Shown here: in pieces, positions 27,018 to 40,300 of the stretch
Layout: every line of letters begins with the position of its first letter
How positions within the stretch are numbered: the first letter of the stretch is position 1
Made by a program: the position numbers and the translations under genes
Notes under the pieces: model-generated
Seen by the model: only the letters and a program-made list of their open reading frames with translations
Databases searched by the model: none
What the model was told of the DNA's origin: nothing
Assembly (NCBI GenBank): GCA_015680685.1
Contig: MNCI01002843.1
Span: 92,016-155,729, forward strand
DNA from: Gnetum montanum
Taxonomy: Eukaryota > Plantae > Gnetophyta
Reading direction: 5' to 3'
DNA: 63,714 nucleotides

Positions 27018-29758
27018 ATGGTCCCAAAACGTGCACAGCAGGAGGGTCCTATTCAAGGTGGAATGAAACGATCTCAGAGAGGTGGAAGACAAGGCCTTGC
27101 TGGACAACATACAGAACAGGAGGTGCAATCCTTCAGCATCCATCAAGATGAACCTCCTACTAGATGGTTCGGGCAAGCAGAAGGAGGAGTTGCTGCTGCG
27201 CCTGGACCAGGACAACAACTCATGTTGCCCCCGGAATGTGTTCAAGCTATCCATGAGAAGTCCACATTCGCTGCGGTGATTGTTAGGGATCACCTCAAAG
27301 GGTCTCCCTTATGGCTTGTCCTCTCTGAAAGTGGTGCCTGGTATCTAGGAGAAACGTACCAGTTCTGGCACAATAGGGAGCAAGGCACCACTATTAACAT
27401 TTGTGGTGTGATAGTTGATTTCTTTGCGTAGGCTATTTCAGAAGTGTTAAATCTTCTGAACACAGGGCCTCATGTTGCTCGATTATCCACTCGTTCAGAC
27501 CCCAATGTACGGAAGGATTGGTTGGAGAAGGCTTACAACAGAGATAAAGCATTTGGGGAATTGACGATGGAAGAGAGAGTTTATTTCAAAATTGGAACCT
27601 ATCACCTCTTCCCCACAAAAGGCTTAAAAATAATATCCACGTATGTGGTTAGAGGATGTGCAGTGTTGATGGGAAAGGTTAATGCTAACCTACCCCATCT
27701 ATATTTGATGGAGATCCTGAGGCAATTTGAAGAACGAAAGACAGGAAATATGGCACTTCCTTTCCCCTATCTTATTAGAAAGCTATGCCAATGGGCTGGT
27801 ATTTGGGGATACACAAATGACGTCCTCCAAAAAGCCCAGAATGCTTCTTATGCTAAATTGTTAAAGGTGCCAGCTCTAAGAAAAAGCACTGGTAAAGAGA
27901 TGAGACCCGAAGAAGAAGAAGAACAGATGTCTAGACCACCTACAACTCAACTTGCAGGGATCAGTCAACCTCTAGCCATGGGTCCCAGCCAACAATAAGA
28001 AGCAGGGCCTAGCACAGGCCAAGATCAGCCACCGCCGCAAGACTACAGACCATCGATGAGCCATCTTAGGGCCATCGCTAAAATGGTCAGTTGGGGAAGT
28101 CATGATGATGCAAACCTCTTCTATGTCATCGATGATGCTGATCAGCCTATAGTTTCATTAGATCACACAAGGGGTGAAATATCCATTCAAATAGGAGGAG
28201 GGGAAAGTAGATGGTCACAATAGATCTTTGGAAATGCAGCATCTTTTTAGGTGCAGTTAGAGACTGGTGAAGGGGCCACTGTGGTGGTCATACAACACCA
28301 GAATGCCGCAGGAGCTATTGAAGTGGTCGCTGACCACATCAAAGAATCTCTCAATGTACCTGTTGTGCCACTGACAGATCTCTTAGGAGCATGGGATGCT
28401 CAAACTCTTGCCGGAACCTCAATGACTCTTGCGGAACATGAGGATGCACTAGATCGATTTCTACAAATAGGGCAAGTTCTAACGTCCCTGTTTGACATCC
28501 CTCAAGATGTCACAGCAATTCAATCAGACCTCATTTCCACAAAGGGGAAGCTGGTCATATCTGAAGTAAGGGCCGAGCGTGCTAAAGCTAAAGTGAAAAA
28601 ACTACAAGAGCAGCTTGTAGCCTTACAAGCAGCATAGTGGGACCCTTTGCAATTTGTTCCTGTAGACCAGCTAGAAAATTTCAGAACCGAGCAATTAACA
28701 AGATTGATAGCAGAGAATAAAAAGGTGGCAGAAGAAAAGGAGATGGCTGGTTGGGATGCCTCTGCATCACATGCGCAAACACATATGCATCTTAAGGCAC
28801 TCAAGGCCTTAAAAGAGGAGAACAAACAATTGGTTGCAGATAACCTTCGGTTGACCTCTATAGAAAAATAAAAGAACGTTCTCGATGAACACTTTCATAT
28901 GTATGAGAACAATTCATTTGGGTCAATCGAGATGTAAGTCGTTTAGCTAGAGAAAATCGAACCCTATCAATGGATAAGGTATGTGCTATTCGCCAAAAGT
29001 TAGCAATTGAGATGAGCGCATGGCAAAATGAGGCTAAACAACATGAGAGGCTGAAGGAGAACTTTCGGGATTAGGTGGGGATGTACAAAAAAATCCTAGA
29101 GAAGGAGATCCATATGGCCAAGGCTAAAATCAACACTATCAGTGCTTAATACACTAATTGGAGGGCCATATTGGACACCTACGCCTTTGCCCACTAAGCG
29201 GAAGTTAAGAACTGGGACCTATAGATCTAGGACTTGACAGAGTACATGGAGTTGGCAAACCTCAGATATGCCAACCTTGCCATGTTAATAGCAGGGCACT
29301 TGAGAACAGAGCTCGAGTAGCAGGTAGCTTCCACCCACATTAAATATGAAGTAGAATTTGTAGAGTGCAAGAAGCTGGAAGAAAAATTGGATGTTGTAAA
29401 TTCTGAACTTGAGGTGGTAAAAACTAGCTACCAAGGGAAAAAAGATGTTGCAATCGACTTGGTTTGATGGATAACAGATCTTCATGAATACAAAGACAAA
29501 GCTAGAGCCTATGAAGAGGAACGACGGGTGTTCGTGGCGTGGTATGTCAAAGCCAATCAGATGTTCCCGCAACTACCCTGTCCGTGGGAAGTGCCAACTC
29601 CGTCAAACATTGGAACACTAGCATGGATGGCACAAGATCCTTGGACCGAAGAGGAGAAGCTCCAAGCCATACTTCAACACCATCAAGGTTCAAAGCCTGG
29701 AGCACATGACAAAGGGAAAGTGCCCATGGAGGAGCCACCGCCACCAAGAACTACATGA
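27018..29758 (+). pseudogene. Athila accessory ('env-like') ORF2, ~910 codons, disrupted by stops and a late frameshift
   Basis: ORFs 26994, 27444, 28251 and 28647 share one frame; contains the LPFPYLIRKLCQWAGI motif typical of Athila ORF2 / plant-transposon domains; the C-terminal half looks coiled-coil-like. Confidence 0.8.
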
Positions 29759-31699
29759 GTTTGAAATTTTTGTAGTAGTTGTAGTATTTTTCTATGTTGT
29801 GTCTTCCCACACTGTAGCATTGTTTCATTTCATTTTTTCCAGTTAATAATCCCATACCTATCCACTATGTAATCAATGGAGCTTGTTCTCTTTGTAACTC
29901 GAGGACGAGTTTTTATTTAGTTGTGGGGGTATGATGGGACGCGATATCACATGGGCCGCAATATCGCATCCCCCGCAATATTGCATCCCCCGCAATATCG
30001 CATACGCAATATCATGTCTTCTCTGCGATATCACGTACACGATATCACAGTCCACTGTAATGTCTATAAATAAGAAGTGGCTCTCCCTTGNTTTCTCTCT
30101 CACCCTTGAACTCCTAGAACGCGGAATGAGTATGACTTGATTATGAGCATTTAAGTGTGACTACTTGGTAACCTAGTGGCGTACCTAGGATCTGCGCTTG
30201 GTAATCCTAGTGGTAGTCATGCATGAAGTCCAAGATGTGTACGTATGATCAAGGAATCGGCTGCTCATCGCACTTAGGCTAGATTAGATTCTCTTACCCT
30301 TTCTCTCCTAGCTTAGCTTAGTTAATATTACTTTTCATCACCTTCAGGAGTAGCATTAGGTTAGAACACATCATACACCTCACTTTGGACTAAACCATAT
30401 GTGACAAATATAATACTAGTCCAAGTGGGAAGACAACGAACTGTGATCTAAGGTTAATGATCTAGGTGCCACAACTAGTCCATCTGCGGAGTTTGACCAG
30501 ATCGCACGTGAAAACGCTCGTATTCGTATGGTTGAGTGTAGGGGTACCTCGCCATTCATCAGTAACCATTTGTGGAACATATGATAAATAAAGTAAACTA
30601 GCTAAAAACAACAACTAAGATAATTGCATTGGTATTTATGATAGAAAGGATAAGGTTGTTAATATGCAAATCGAGGAATCAAACTAACACCATTGTAAAA
30701 ATAGAGATTTTTTTTTGGTAAAGATGATGTTGGGTGCATGTTCACATGGAAAGTTTGTACAACACACTACTAATTTGGAAAGCCTAGGGAATTCATTACT
30801 AACACAGTAGAGCTATGGAATCCACTACTAGCATGGCAGAGTCTATAGGACTTACCACTACTATGGAAAAGTTTGTGAATTTGCTACTGATATGGCATGA
30901 TAATGTGGTATTTGCCTATTGATATGGTGGTTGATGTGGCACCAACATGGCATTGACATTATGGTCATGTAGCACTGACATGGCATTAAAGTGGTACTCA
31001 TGTGGTGGGGACATGGCAATGATTTGGCATGTTAACCTTGTTGATTGTTGACGTCATTGAATTGATTGCTAACATTATGCTGACATGACTTGCTAACATG
31101 GTGGCTGACATCATCACATTGATTGTTGATGTCATCACATTGATCATCATTGATTTTTGGTTAAAGGTTAACTAGAAGTTTGATTGATGAAAACTTTTAA
31201 TCTAAACTCTGCTTTCTATAAACGAGGATTTCATTTGTAGGTTCTACAACATGTTGGATCTAATGGTGTTGTCTAATTTAACTTTAGAGGTCATTTGAAG
31301 ACACTTCCAAGAGATAGTACTTATTGTAATGGATATTAAGAGCTTTATTCTACACCAAACACAAGGCTTTCTTGAACCACATCTCTTACATCAATATCCT
31401 AGTTTTCATAAGCTTTTGATACATAAAAAAAAAAAACATTTTTTAGGGTTTAAAGGAAAAAAGTGTGGTATGTGCTTAGCTCTAATAGCAAATTGATGAG
31501 TTGAATCATTAGACTTGTATTTGTTAATATCTCTTCAAGATGAATTTTGCCATCATTGAAGAGTGAAAAAAAGAGGTTTGTATAACGTTAATGGCACGTT
31601 GGCAAAAAATTCCAACAAGCTCCCCATTAATGTTAAGGTCATATAAGAAAATGAAAAACTACTACAAGTGTTTCAACTATTATAGCTCTAGATTTTACT

Positions 31700-34600
31700 C
31701 TTGAAGGTTGTTTTCTTTAATCAATTCTTTTCCTTGATCTTAATGTTAAGAATATTCAATAGTTCTTGTAGCTTTTCAAATGTTCCTTTGTCAAGAGCCT
31801 TTATAAAGATATCCAATAGTTAACATCATGTGGGATAATATTTAATAAAAATTAGACTAGGTGTAACTGAATCATGAATAAAGTGATACCTAATCTTGAT
31901 TAACTATCACTAGGTTGGTTTATTAGCCTTTTTATTGGAATGGTGAATTCTTTTAATAACTTTCTAACCATACTTATTGTTGACTTGTATGATGAATGAC
32001 CATGCATTCCTTTTCTACTGTTGATACTACAACACTTGATTGCTTCTTACTACATCAAGAAAATAAACTACCGCCAAGTAACATGGCATAACCAGTAGTA
32101 CTTTTATGCTCATCTGAGCATCTAGCCCAATCAAAGTCAACATATTCCAACAATTCTAAATTATTTTTGGCTTCATAAAACAAATCAAAAGAATTTATAC
32201 CCTTAACATAATGTAAAATTATTTTTGCATCAAGTATATGTTAATGAGATGATGAAGTCATAAATCTTGAAATCACATTGCCTGCAAATTGAATATCTAC
32301 TTAGGTAGCTATTAGATACATCAAACTTTCCATCATAGACCTATACAAATCTTCATTCATATGTTTAGCATTAGTAACCTTAGATAATTTTGAACTTACT
32401 AGTAATGGTATGCTAACTAGCTTGCTAGTGGTAGCTCAAACTTTTCAATAATGCTTTCCACATATTTTTGCTAGTTCAAAAAGATTCCATTCTGCAACTA
32501 CTCCATCTATATATCTAAGTAATAAGACAATAATCCAAAATCTGTCATTTAAAATTCCTACATCATATCCTTCTTAAGTTGTCCAACTAGTTCCTCATTA
32601 GTACCTCCATATATAACATCATCAATTAATATCATAACTAAAGTCATATCTTTTTATTTTACTTTCCTATGAAATGTATTTTCTAAAGAACATTTCTCAT
32701 AGTTTTGCTTTTGTAATAGCTATCTAATCTAGCATACCAAGCGCTACGTGCTTTTTTTAAATCATACAATGGCTTTTTAAGTAAATAAACCTAATGTTGC
32801 TTACCTGGTCTCACAAATCCTTCAAGTTGATTGATATAAACTTCTTCATCTAAGAAACCATGTAAGAAAGTTGATTTCATATCTATTTGATATACTTTGA
32901 TTTTAATTTTTGTTGCATATGCCAAGAATGCTCTCATTGATTCTAATTGGACAATGGGTGCATTGATTTCACTATAATCTATACGTAACTTTTTGCATAT
33001 AACCTTTGCTAACCAATTAAGCTTTATATTTGATAATTATATTATTAGCATTATATTTTTTTTCTAAAAATCCATTTAGTACCAATGATATTTTTTTCTG
33101 AAGATAATTTGACTAACACCTAGGTTTTTTTCTTATTAATTTTTCTAATGTCTTCCTACATTGCTTTAATCCAATGATTATATTAGGATGCATCTTTATA
33201 TTTTACTAGATCTAAAACTGAACTTAAGAATATATTTTTTATGTTTCCAATATCCTCTACATATTCATGCAACTAACTTTTAATAGTTACAATTGTATTT
33301 AAAGAATCAATAACATTTTCTAAATCTACCTATTGCCTTACTCTTGAGTATTTGTGACAGTGTGATGGATGTTGAAATTGTTGTTCAACTTCATCATTGG
33401 ATGTATCCTCACCTTTTTCATGTTCATCTTCTACTTGTATTACCTCTTCATCCTAATTGGAATCTTTACAATCATAATTTATATCTAGATTTCCCTCCAT
33501 TTCTTATTCTATAAAGTATACATCACAACTTTCTACAATCTTTTCTTTGGTCAGATTAAAATATCTATATGCTTTACTTGTAACTAAAGAATCCATGAAG
33601 ATACATTTAGTGAACTTTTCATTCTATTTGTCACTTCCTAGCCTGATTTTTGACAAGACATTTACAACCAAAAACTATTAAATGAGAAAGATAAGATATT
33701 TTTCCATACCATTTGTCATATAGAGTATAGTCCAATAGATGCTTTGCTATCGTTCTATTTTGAAGATGATTTATTGTGCCAAGTTCCTACTTCCAAAATT
33801 GCTTTCCTAAGCCAATATCATGAAGCATTGTTCTTGCCATATCCCTTAGTGTTTTATTCTTCCATTTAGTAGCACCATTTTGTTAAGGAGTGTAGGCAGT
33901 GGTTGTTTGATGATGAATGCAGTTTTTTCCAAGAACTCTTGAAAATAGTTATCCGTGTACCCTCCTCCTTGATTGGTGCGAAGAATATTTATTTTTTTCC
34001 TTGTTTTCTTTTTTTCTTGGACCTAAAATTTCTTGAAATATTCTAAATTTTGATATTTTCATTTAAGAAAACATACATGACAATATCTTGAGTAATCATC
34101 AATAAAGATAATAAAATACCTACTTCCATTTAAACTTTCACTTTGCATGGATCCACATATATCTTAATGTACTAATGATAAAAAAATAGAAGTATATATT
34201 GTTTTAATTGTAGGAAAGAATATTGTTGTTTATTTTTCTTTTATGAAAAATTTTCATTTTGTAGATTTTTCAACAAAAAATTTGGCAAACCTTTTATCAT
34301 ATTTTTCTTCAAGATCATCTTCATGTATGTTGATGAAGCATGTCTAAGCCATTTATGCCATAGCTAAAACTCATCTTTAGAACCAGAAATCAATGTCCTA
34401 GCAAAAGAAATTTTGTACAAATTATTATGAATTTTTGGAATCTCCAATAGTACATCTCCCTTTCTTAAAATGTACTTTTCATTTTTTAAAACTTTATGAA
34501 AATTTCATTTTTTAAAACTTTATGAAAATAATTTTTCTTAAGTTGACCAACATTGAGAAAGTTATGTTTCAATTATGGGATGTAAACTACAACATCTATC

Positions 34601-35690
34601 TTTATATCATCATCATTATGATTTTTCATATTAAAGGTCCATATACTTGTCACATTATCTTATTTGCCCCCCGTGAATCCAACTTTTTCACCATTAAAAG
34701 GTCTATTTAAATGAAACAACTCTTTTTATCCTATCATATATTGAGAACAGCCACTATCTATATACTAGTTTTTCATATCAACATAAACTAATGCTTTAGA
34801 GAACTCACCATTTACTATTTTTGTGATGGTGATCCAGACATTTGTTTCTTATTTTTCTTCATTTTTCTTCTTTGGTTTCTCTTCATGCTGACTTTGTGCA
34901 ATGTTTCCATAATTATTTTGATTCCAATATGAACAATCTATTTGCAAGTGGCCTACCTCACCATAAGAGTAGCATACACGAGTGTCCCTTTTCAAAGTTC
35001 ATGCTCTTCCTCTTTTACGGAAGGTAAATCCTTGATCTGTGTAACTTGTTAAATGATCATTTTTCTTCAAGGATTATCTTCTTGCTTGATGACTAGTTTG
35101 TCCTTTCTTTTCTTCCTCTCATTTTGAAGATTAACCACAGTTCCATCTTTCTCTTCTATCTTGATTTTTGCTAAAACCTCTTACTCATGCTCTATAAGAA
35201 ATGTTAGTTTCACATTCATCTTTTGAAGTTCCAATTACTGAAGGTGCTCTTACATATTTTTTTATCATTTTTCTTTATTTGGATTTCAAATTGAAGTAAC
35301 CTACTTGTTAATTTTCCTATAGATAGAATATCCAAATCTATAAAAATTTTCAAACTAAAAGAAATTTGATCATATGGCTTAGCCAAACTTTTTAAAATTT
35401 TTAAAATAACTTTTTTATATTCTAATTTATGAGAATGTACCTCCATTTCATTTACCAAGTCTTGTATCCTTTGAATATATTCTTCCATACCTTCTTCTTC
35501 TTTCATGGTCATGGTCTTGCTATTCTCAATTTTTACTTGTTTCTTTACCTTCCTTCCTACTTCATTTGTGCCACTCTTTCTACATCTACCAATATGCTAT
35601 CCCATACTTCTTGAGATTTTAAATAATTTTCCATACGTATTTTCCATGTATCAAATATATCAACTTTAAATGTAGGAATCATACCTTTGT
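31700..35690 (-). pseudogene. Degenerate copia gag-pol (gag-PR-INT-RT-RNaseH)
   Basis: Minus-strand motifs in copia order: gag (EYIQRIQDLVNEM), YIDSGCSQYM, YTP*QNGA, a KALYGLKQAPRAWY-like motif, IDDVIY and IRYHFI; many stops and frameshifts. Confidence 0.85.
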
Positions 35691-37319
35691 CAATCTTGAG
35701 ATAAATAAACCCAAAATACAATTGTTAACTTCTCTAATACCAAATGAAGATTACTGGAAATTAAAAAAGTGAGTTTATAAATCCCACAAAGGATATAAAT
35801 CTTGGAAATATTATAAACTTAATTAAAATCACCTTGGTGCACAATATAAATATAAAGAGCTGCTAACATTCAAGCTGAAAAAAGTTATGATGAATGTTTT
35901 ATACCAAGGGAAGTAGCATAAAACCATAAAATTGTATAAAAAAGTAACACTATAAATCCACAAAAAACATTTACAATATGCAAGCAAAAGCTCATTTTCA
36001 CATGGATTCAGACCTTCACATTCTTAATATTTGACTTTTGCTCTTCTTTTCTCACATTTCCTCCCACTTTTTTCTTCTTTAACTTCTATTTTCATGTTTT
36101 ATAAAATGCATATTTGGAAAGGTATTTATAATATGCATGAGACTATAAAATAGCGTAAGGATAGCATGAAAGGCCTAGATAATTTATTTAGTCTTATCAC
36201 ATAGAAATCTTTCTAGTTTGAAGGTAATCATTTGTGGAATAAATGATAAGTAAAGTAGATAAAAATAACAAATAAGAGAAGTGGATTAGTGTTTATGGCA
36301 GAAAAGATAAGGATGTTAACTTGAAAGTCAAGGAACTAAAGTAATGCCACCATAAAAATAAGGTGAAGATGACTTTAGGTGCATACTAGCATGGAAAAAT
36401 TGTGCAATATGCTACTGATGTGGCAAACTTGTGGAATCCATTTTTGACATGGAAAAGCCTATGAAAATTGTTACTAACGTGGTAGAGTTTGCAAGACCTA
36501 CTAATGTGGTAGAGCTTGTGGATCTACTATTGATGTGATAGAGCTTGTGGATTTGCTATTGATGTGCCATGATGATATGACAGTTACCTCTGAACATGGT
36601 GGTTGATGTGGCACTAACATAGCATTGATGTTGTGCATATGTAGCACTGACATGGTGATGATGTGACACTAACATGACACTGATATGAAGCTAATGTGGC
36701 ATGTTAACCATGTTAACTACTGACATCATTACATTAGTTATTGATGTCATAACATTGACTACTGACATGATGCTAACATGACTTGCTAATGTGGTAGATG
36801 ATATCATCGCATTGACTATTGATGTCATTATGTTGACCAATGTTGACTTTTGATCAAAGGTTGACTAGAACTTTGACTCACCAAAAATTTTAAATGTGAA
36901 CTCTATTTTCTATAAATGAGGAGTCCATTCTTAGATTTTTTTGATGTGCTAGATGCAATGCTGTTGTCAGATCTAACTTGAGAGGTCATTTGAAGGTACT
37001 TCGAAGAGGTAGTACCTATTTTAATGAATACTGAAAGATTTATTCTATAGAAAATACAAGGATTTCTTAAACCACATTCTTTACATAGTTATCCCAATTT
37101 TCATAAGCTAGTGACACTTGAAAAAGACCTCCTCCTTTTTGGATTTTATAAGAAAAGAAGATCTGGGGTGTGCTTAGCTCTAATAACACACTAATCAGTT
37201 GAATCATCATACTTGTGTTTGTCAATATCTTTTCAAGATCAGTTATGCCATCATTGAAGAGTAAACAAAGAGGTCTGTGTGACCTTAATGATAGGTTGGC
37301 AAAAAATTCCAATAATGAC

Positions 37320-40300
37320 TATTCCTCTTGACCTATATTTGTGTTAATTCTAGTTCTTTTTAGTGTGGAATCTATAGAATATAATACCAAAGATACATGT
37401 TTAATATTATTTTTCTCTATTTATTTCTATTTATGGTTAAGATGTAATAGATGTAAGAAACACCAAGAACACTATAATATTCATAGTGTGTTCCAACCTT
37501 TATTTTCCTTTGTTTATATGATGATGGTCATCAAAGTGTTTTTACTTTCTTAGACTTGGCAATTTAAGCATCATAAAAGTTAACATGATATTATAGCTAG
37601 GTTTTGATGACTTTATAAATCAACATCATAAAACATTTATAGTGATGTTGTAGTTAGGTGCATTTAATGCCAAGCTATAAATATTAACCATAGAATTTTA
37701 TTCATTTTAAAAAACCACAAAGACCTTAGTGCAACAAAAGAAGCTAATTTTTCAAGTATGTTGAGTTTTAAATCAACTTGTTATCTTTTATTTTTGACTT
37801 GTAACATTTAAAATTTAATTTGTAGTTGAGATACTATGGTTTTCTCTTGGAATTTGAAGAAATAAGTTGTTTCAAGAATTTCAATTTTTTGATTATGTAA
37901 ATACAATTCATTGAATTTATTATGCATGTTAATTTTGTTTATTCAGATTTAAATTCAAGAAAGCCCTAATTTCTTGTAGGTTGGAAATTAACTATTTGTA
38001 TAAGTGGCTCGTGTTGGAGGAGGGTGAGGATAGAAATGAGGGTCTTAAAAAATGAAGCGTAATGATCATACCTATCATCAACCTCATTAGAATAAATGCA
38101 AAGTGATGCACCATCACCATTGTCATTACCAACACCATGACAAAGAATTTTCTATGAAAATTTCCACTATGAAGCTTCTAGTTTAGCAATAAAGGTTGGA
38201 AATAAGAAGCTAAAGTTATATTTTGCAATGGTTTCTCACTATGAAGTTATGAGCAATGAAATAAGAGACTTCGATTTGTTATCAAGAGAAGAATATGTTA
38301 GATACCTAGAACTCAATGTTTAGTATCACTTCTATGATTTGAAATTATCCATAGAATTAGTAAAGTTGGATGACGATGTTGAATTGAAGAGGTCAAGTCT
38401 TATACAATTCATAGAATTTATAGTTCCCAAGGATAACACATTCATTGAAATTTTTTTTAGAACCTACAATAATAGCTTGTTTATCTATTAGGCTAAAAGA
38501 TTTAGAGACTTTTCAACATTTAGAGGAGATCCCTATGGTTATGTTTTTAGATGGTGAAAATTGATTTTGTGATGAAAAAAGTAATATTCATTAGGCATTG
38601 GCTACTAGAATATTTTGTAAATGAAAATGAATGGGGAAATGCATACATCAATGCTATTATGGTAGGAATCACCATAATGAATACAAACTAATACAACATA
38701 ACATAAAACTAAGCTAGGTAGTTCATAGCCACCAAACAGACTAGGAAACCTAATGTTTTGTATAATACTTCTTAAATTGAAAGGGAACTTGGGGATCAAA
38801 AGACAAATCTAGCAATTTGTAATAAAAATTTTGTCAACATGAGTCAGTATTAAGCCAAAAGAGTTATACATGTAAAATAGCCAGTATAAAGCATTTAAAT
38901 AGAAGAGAAAACACAATGTAATATGAAAGCATGATTGACAGTAAATAAATACCTAAAAAAGCATAGAGAGAAAATATATCTATTAACCAAAGCATGTAAA
39001 ACGAGGTAGAAAACATGAGGAAAACAGATTTGAAGAAAATTTGGGAAAACCAAAGAGAAAAAATCTAAAAGTGGAAAAACCAAGATTACAATAGAGATAA
39101 AGGAACTTGAAAATTCATGCTCTAAGATATGTGCTAGAAATCAGAGATGTTTGATGAGAAGCCATGTTATCCCATTCTTGCTTTGATGCATGCACTAATG
39201 TAGATTTGACTGGAAAGGGAGATGTCAAAAGCTAGAGACAAATACTAACGTTAGATGTTGAAAGTGAGATTGACGTCAAATGTTGAAATTTTGATGTGAG
39301 ACATCTAAACTAATTTAATGCAAAGCATTAGAAGCTAGAGAAAAAAGCTGATGTTAGATGTTAAAAATACGTTTGACATCAAACATTCAAAATTTGATGT
39401 AGGATGTCAAAAGTGATTTGACGCAAAAGATAAAGTTAACATTAAAGTTGACACTAAATGTTGAATCTAGAGATGGAGATAAAATGACATTACAGATGAT
39501 GTTGGACATCATTTCCAATAAACTAGAGATAGAAGATAAGAAGTGATGTTGCAAATGATGTGGAACATTGGATCTAGACTATCGAGATAGTTTGAAGTGC
39601 TAGAAAGCCATACAATACACCTAAGTCTTTGACTTAAGCTAAAAAGAAAAAGTTAATGGAAGATTTTTGCCTCTTAATAAATACTACTAAAAATGTGAAG
39701 GAGAATCCATCAAGAAAAGACACAAGTTTGTATCTACTTACAAGAGGATTTAACTAAGTGAGAGAATCAAGGAGAAAGTCTAGGATATCACCTATACACT
39801 TAGAAAGGAGTGCTATGTCATAGGAGTCAGGCGTGACTAGATCCCATGAAGCACACATGAAAATGTAGATAAAGAACTCCCCACCTTACTTAACTCTCTT
39901 AATCACACCCTTACTAGAATAAAGCAGAGACACTTGTTAGGCCTCACTAATGCAAAGCATAATAAAAGAAAAGGATAAAGAAAGAAAGGAAGATAGTAGA
40001 GAGAAAAAAGAGAAAGAAATAAATAAAAAATAGGGAAATCATATTAGGAACATTGTGAATACATCAACAATGATGTGTTGTGTTGCAGAAGTGAAACATG
40101 ACTAGATCCCTAGGGTCAACTAAGGATTGAGAACTTAGAAGATGGATTGAATAATTTTTCCAATTAAAATCACTGTAGCCACCAAAATTAAACACAAATT
40201 TTACATGGTTTCCCAACTTGGGTACATCCACATTTGAAGCATAGAATTTGTGGATACCTCTAGACATTGTTTCTTAAGAAAATATGATTAGAGGGCATCA

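Larger units (their letters stand above)
22216..30561 (+). mobile_element. Complete pol-less Athila-like element A; LTRs 22216-23013 and 29932-30561
   Basis: Perfect TSD GTAAC (22211-22215 / 30562-30566); highly similar LTRs TGAT...ATCA; Asp-type PBS at ~23015-23032; PPT before 29932. Confidence 0.95.
21699..37314 (-). mobile_element. Full-length old Ty1/copia element; 5' LTR 35745-37314, 3' LTR 21699-31617 (split by element A)
   Basis: Homologous but clearly diverged LTRs; TSD atgat (21694-21698) / atgac (37315-37319); Met PBS at 35731-35742; PPT at 31618-31630. Confidence 0.9.

Noticed and set aside
29932-30561. Apparent deletion in the 3' LTR of element A relative to the 5' LTR
   Set aside because: It coincides with the single n at 30091, so it is probably an assembly collapse.
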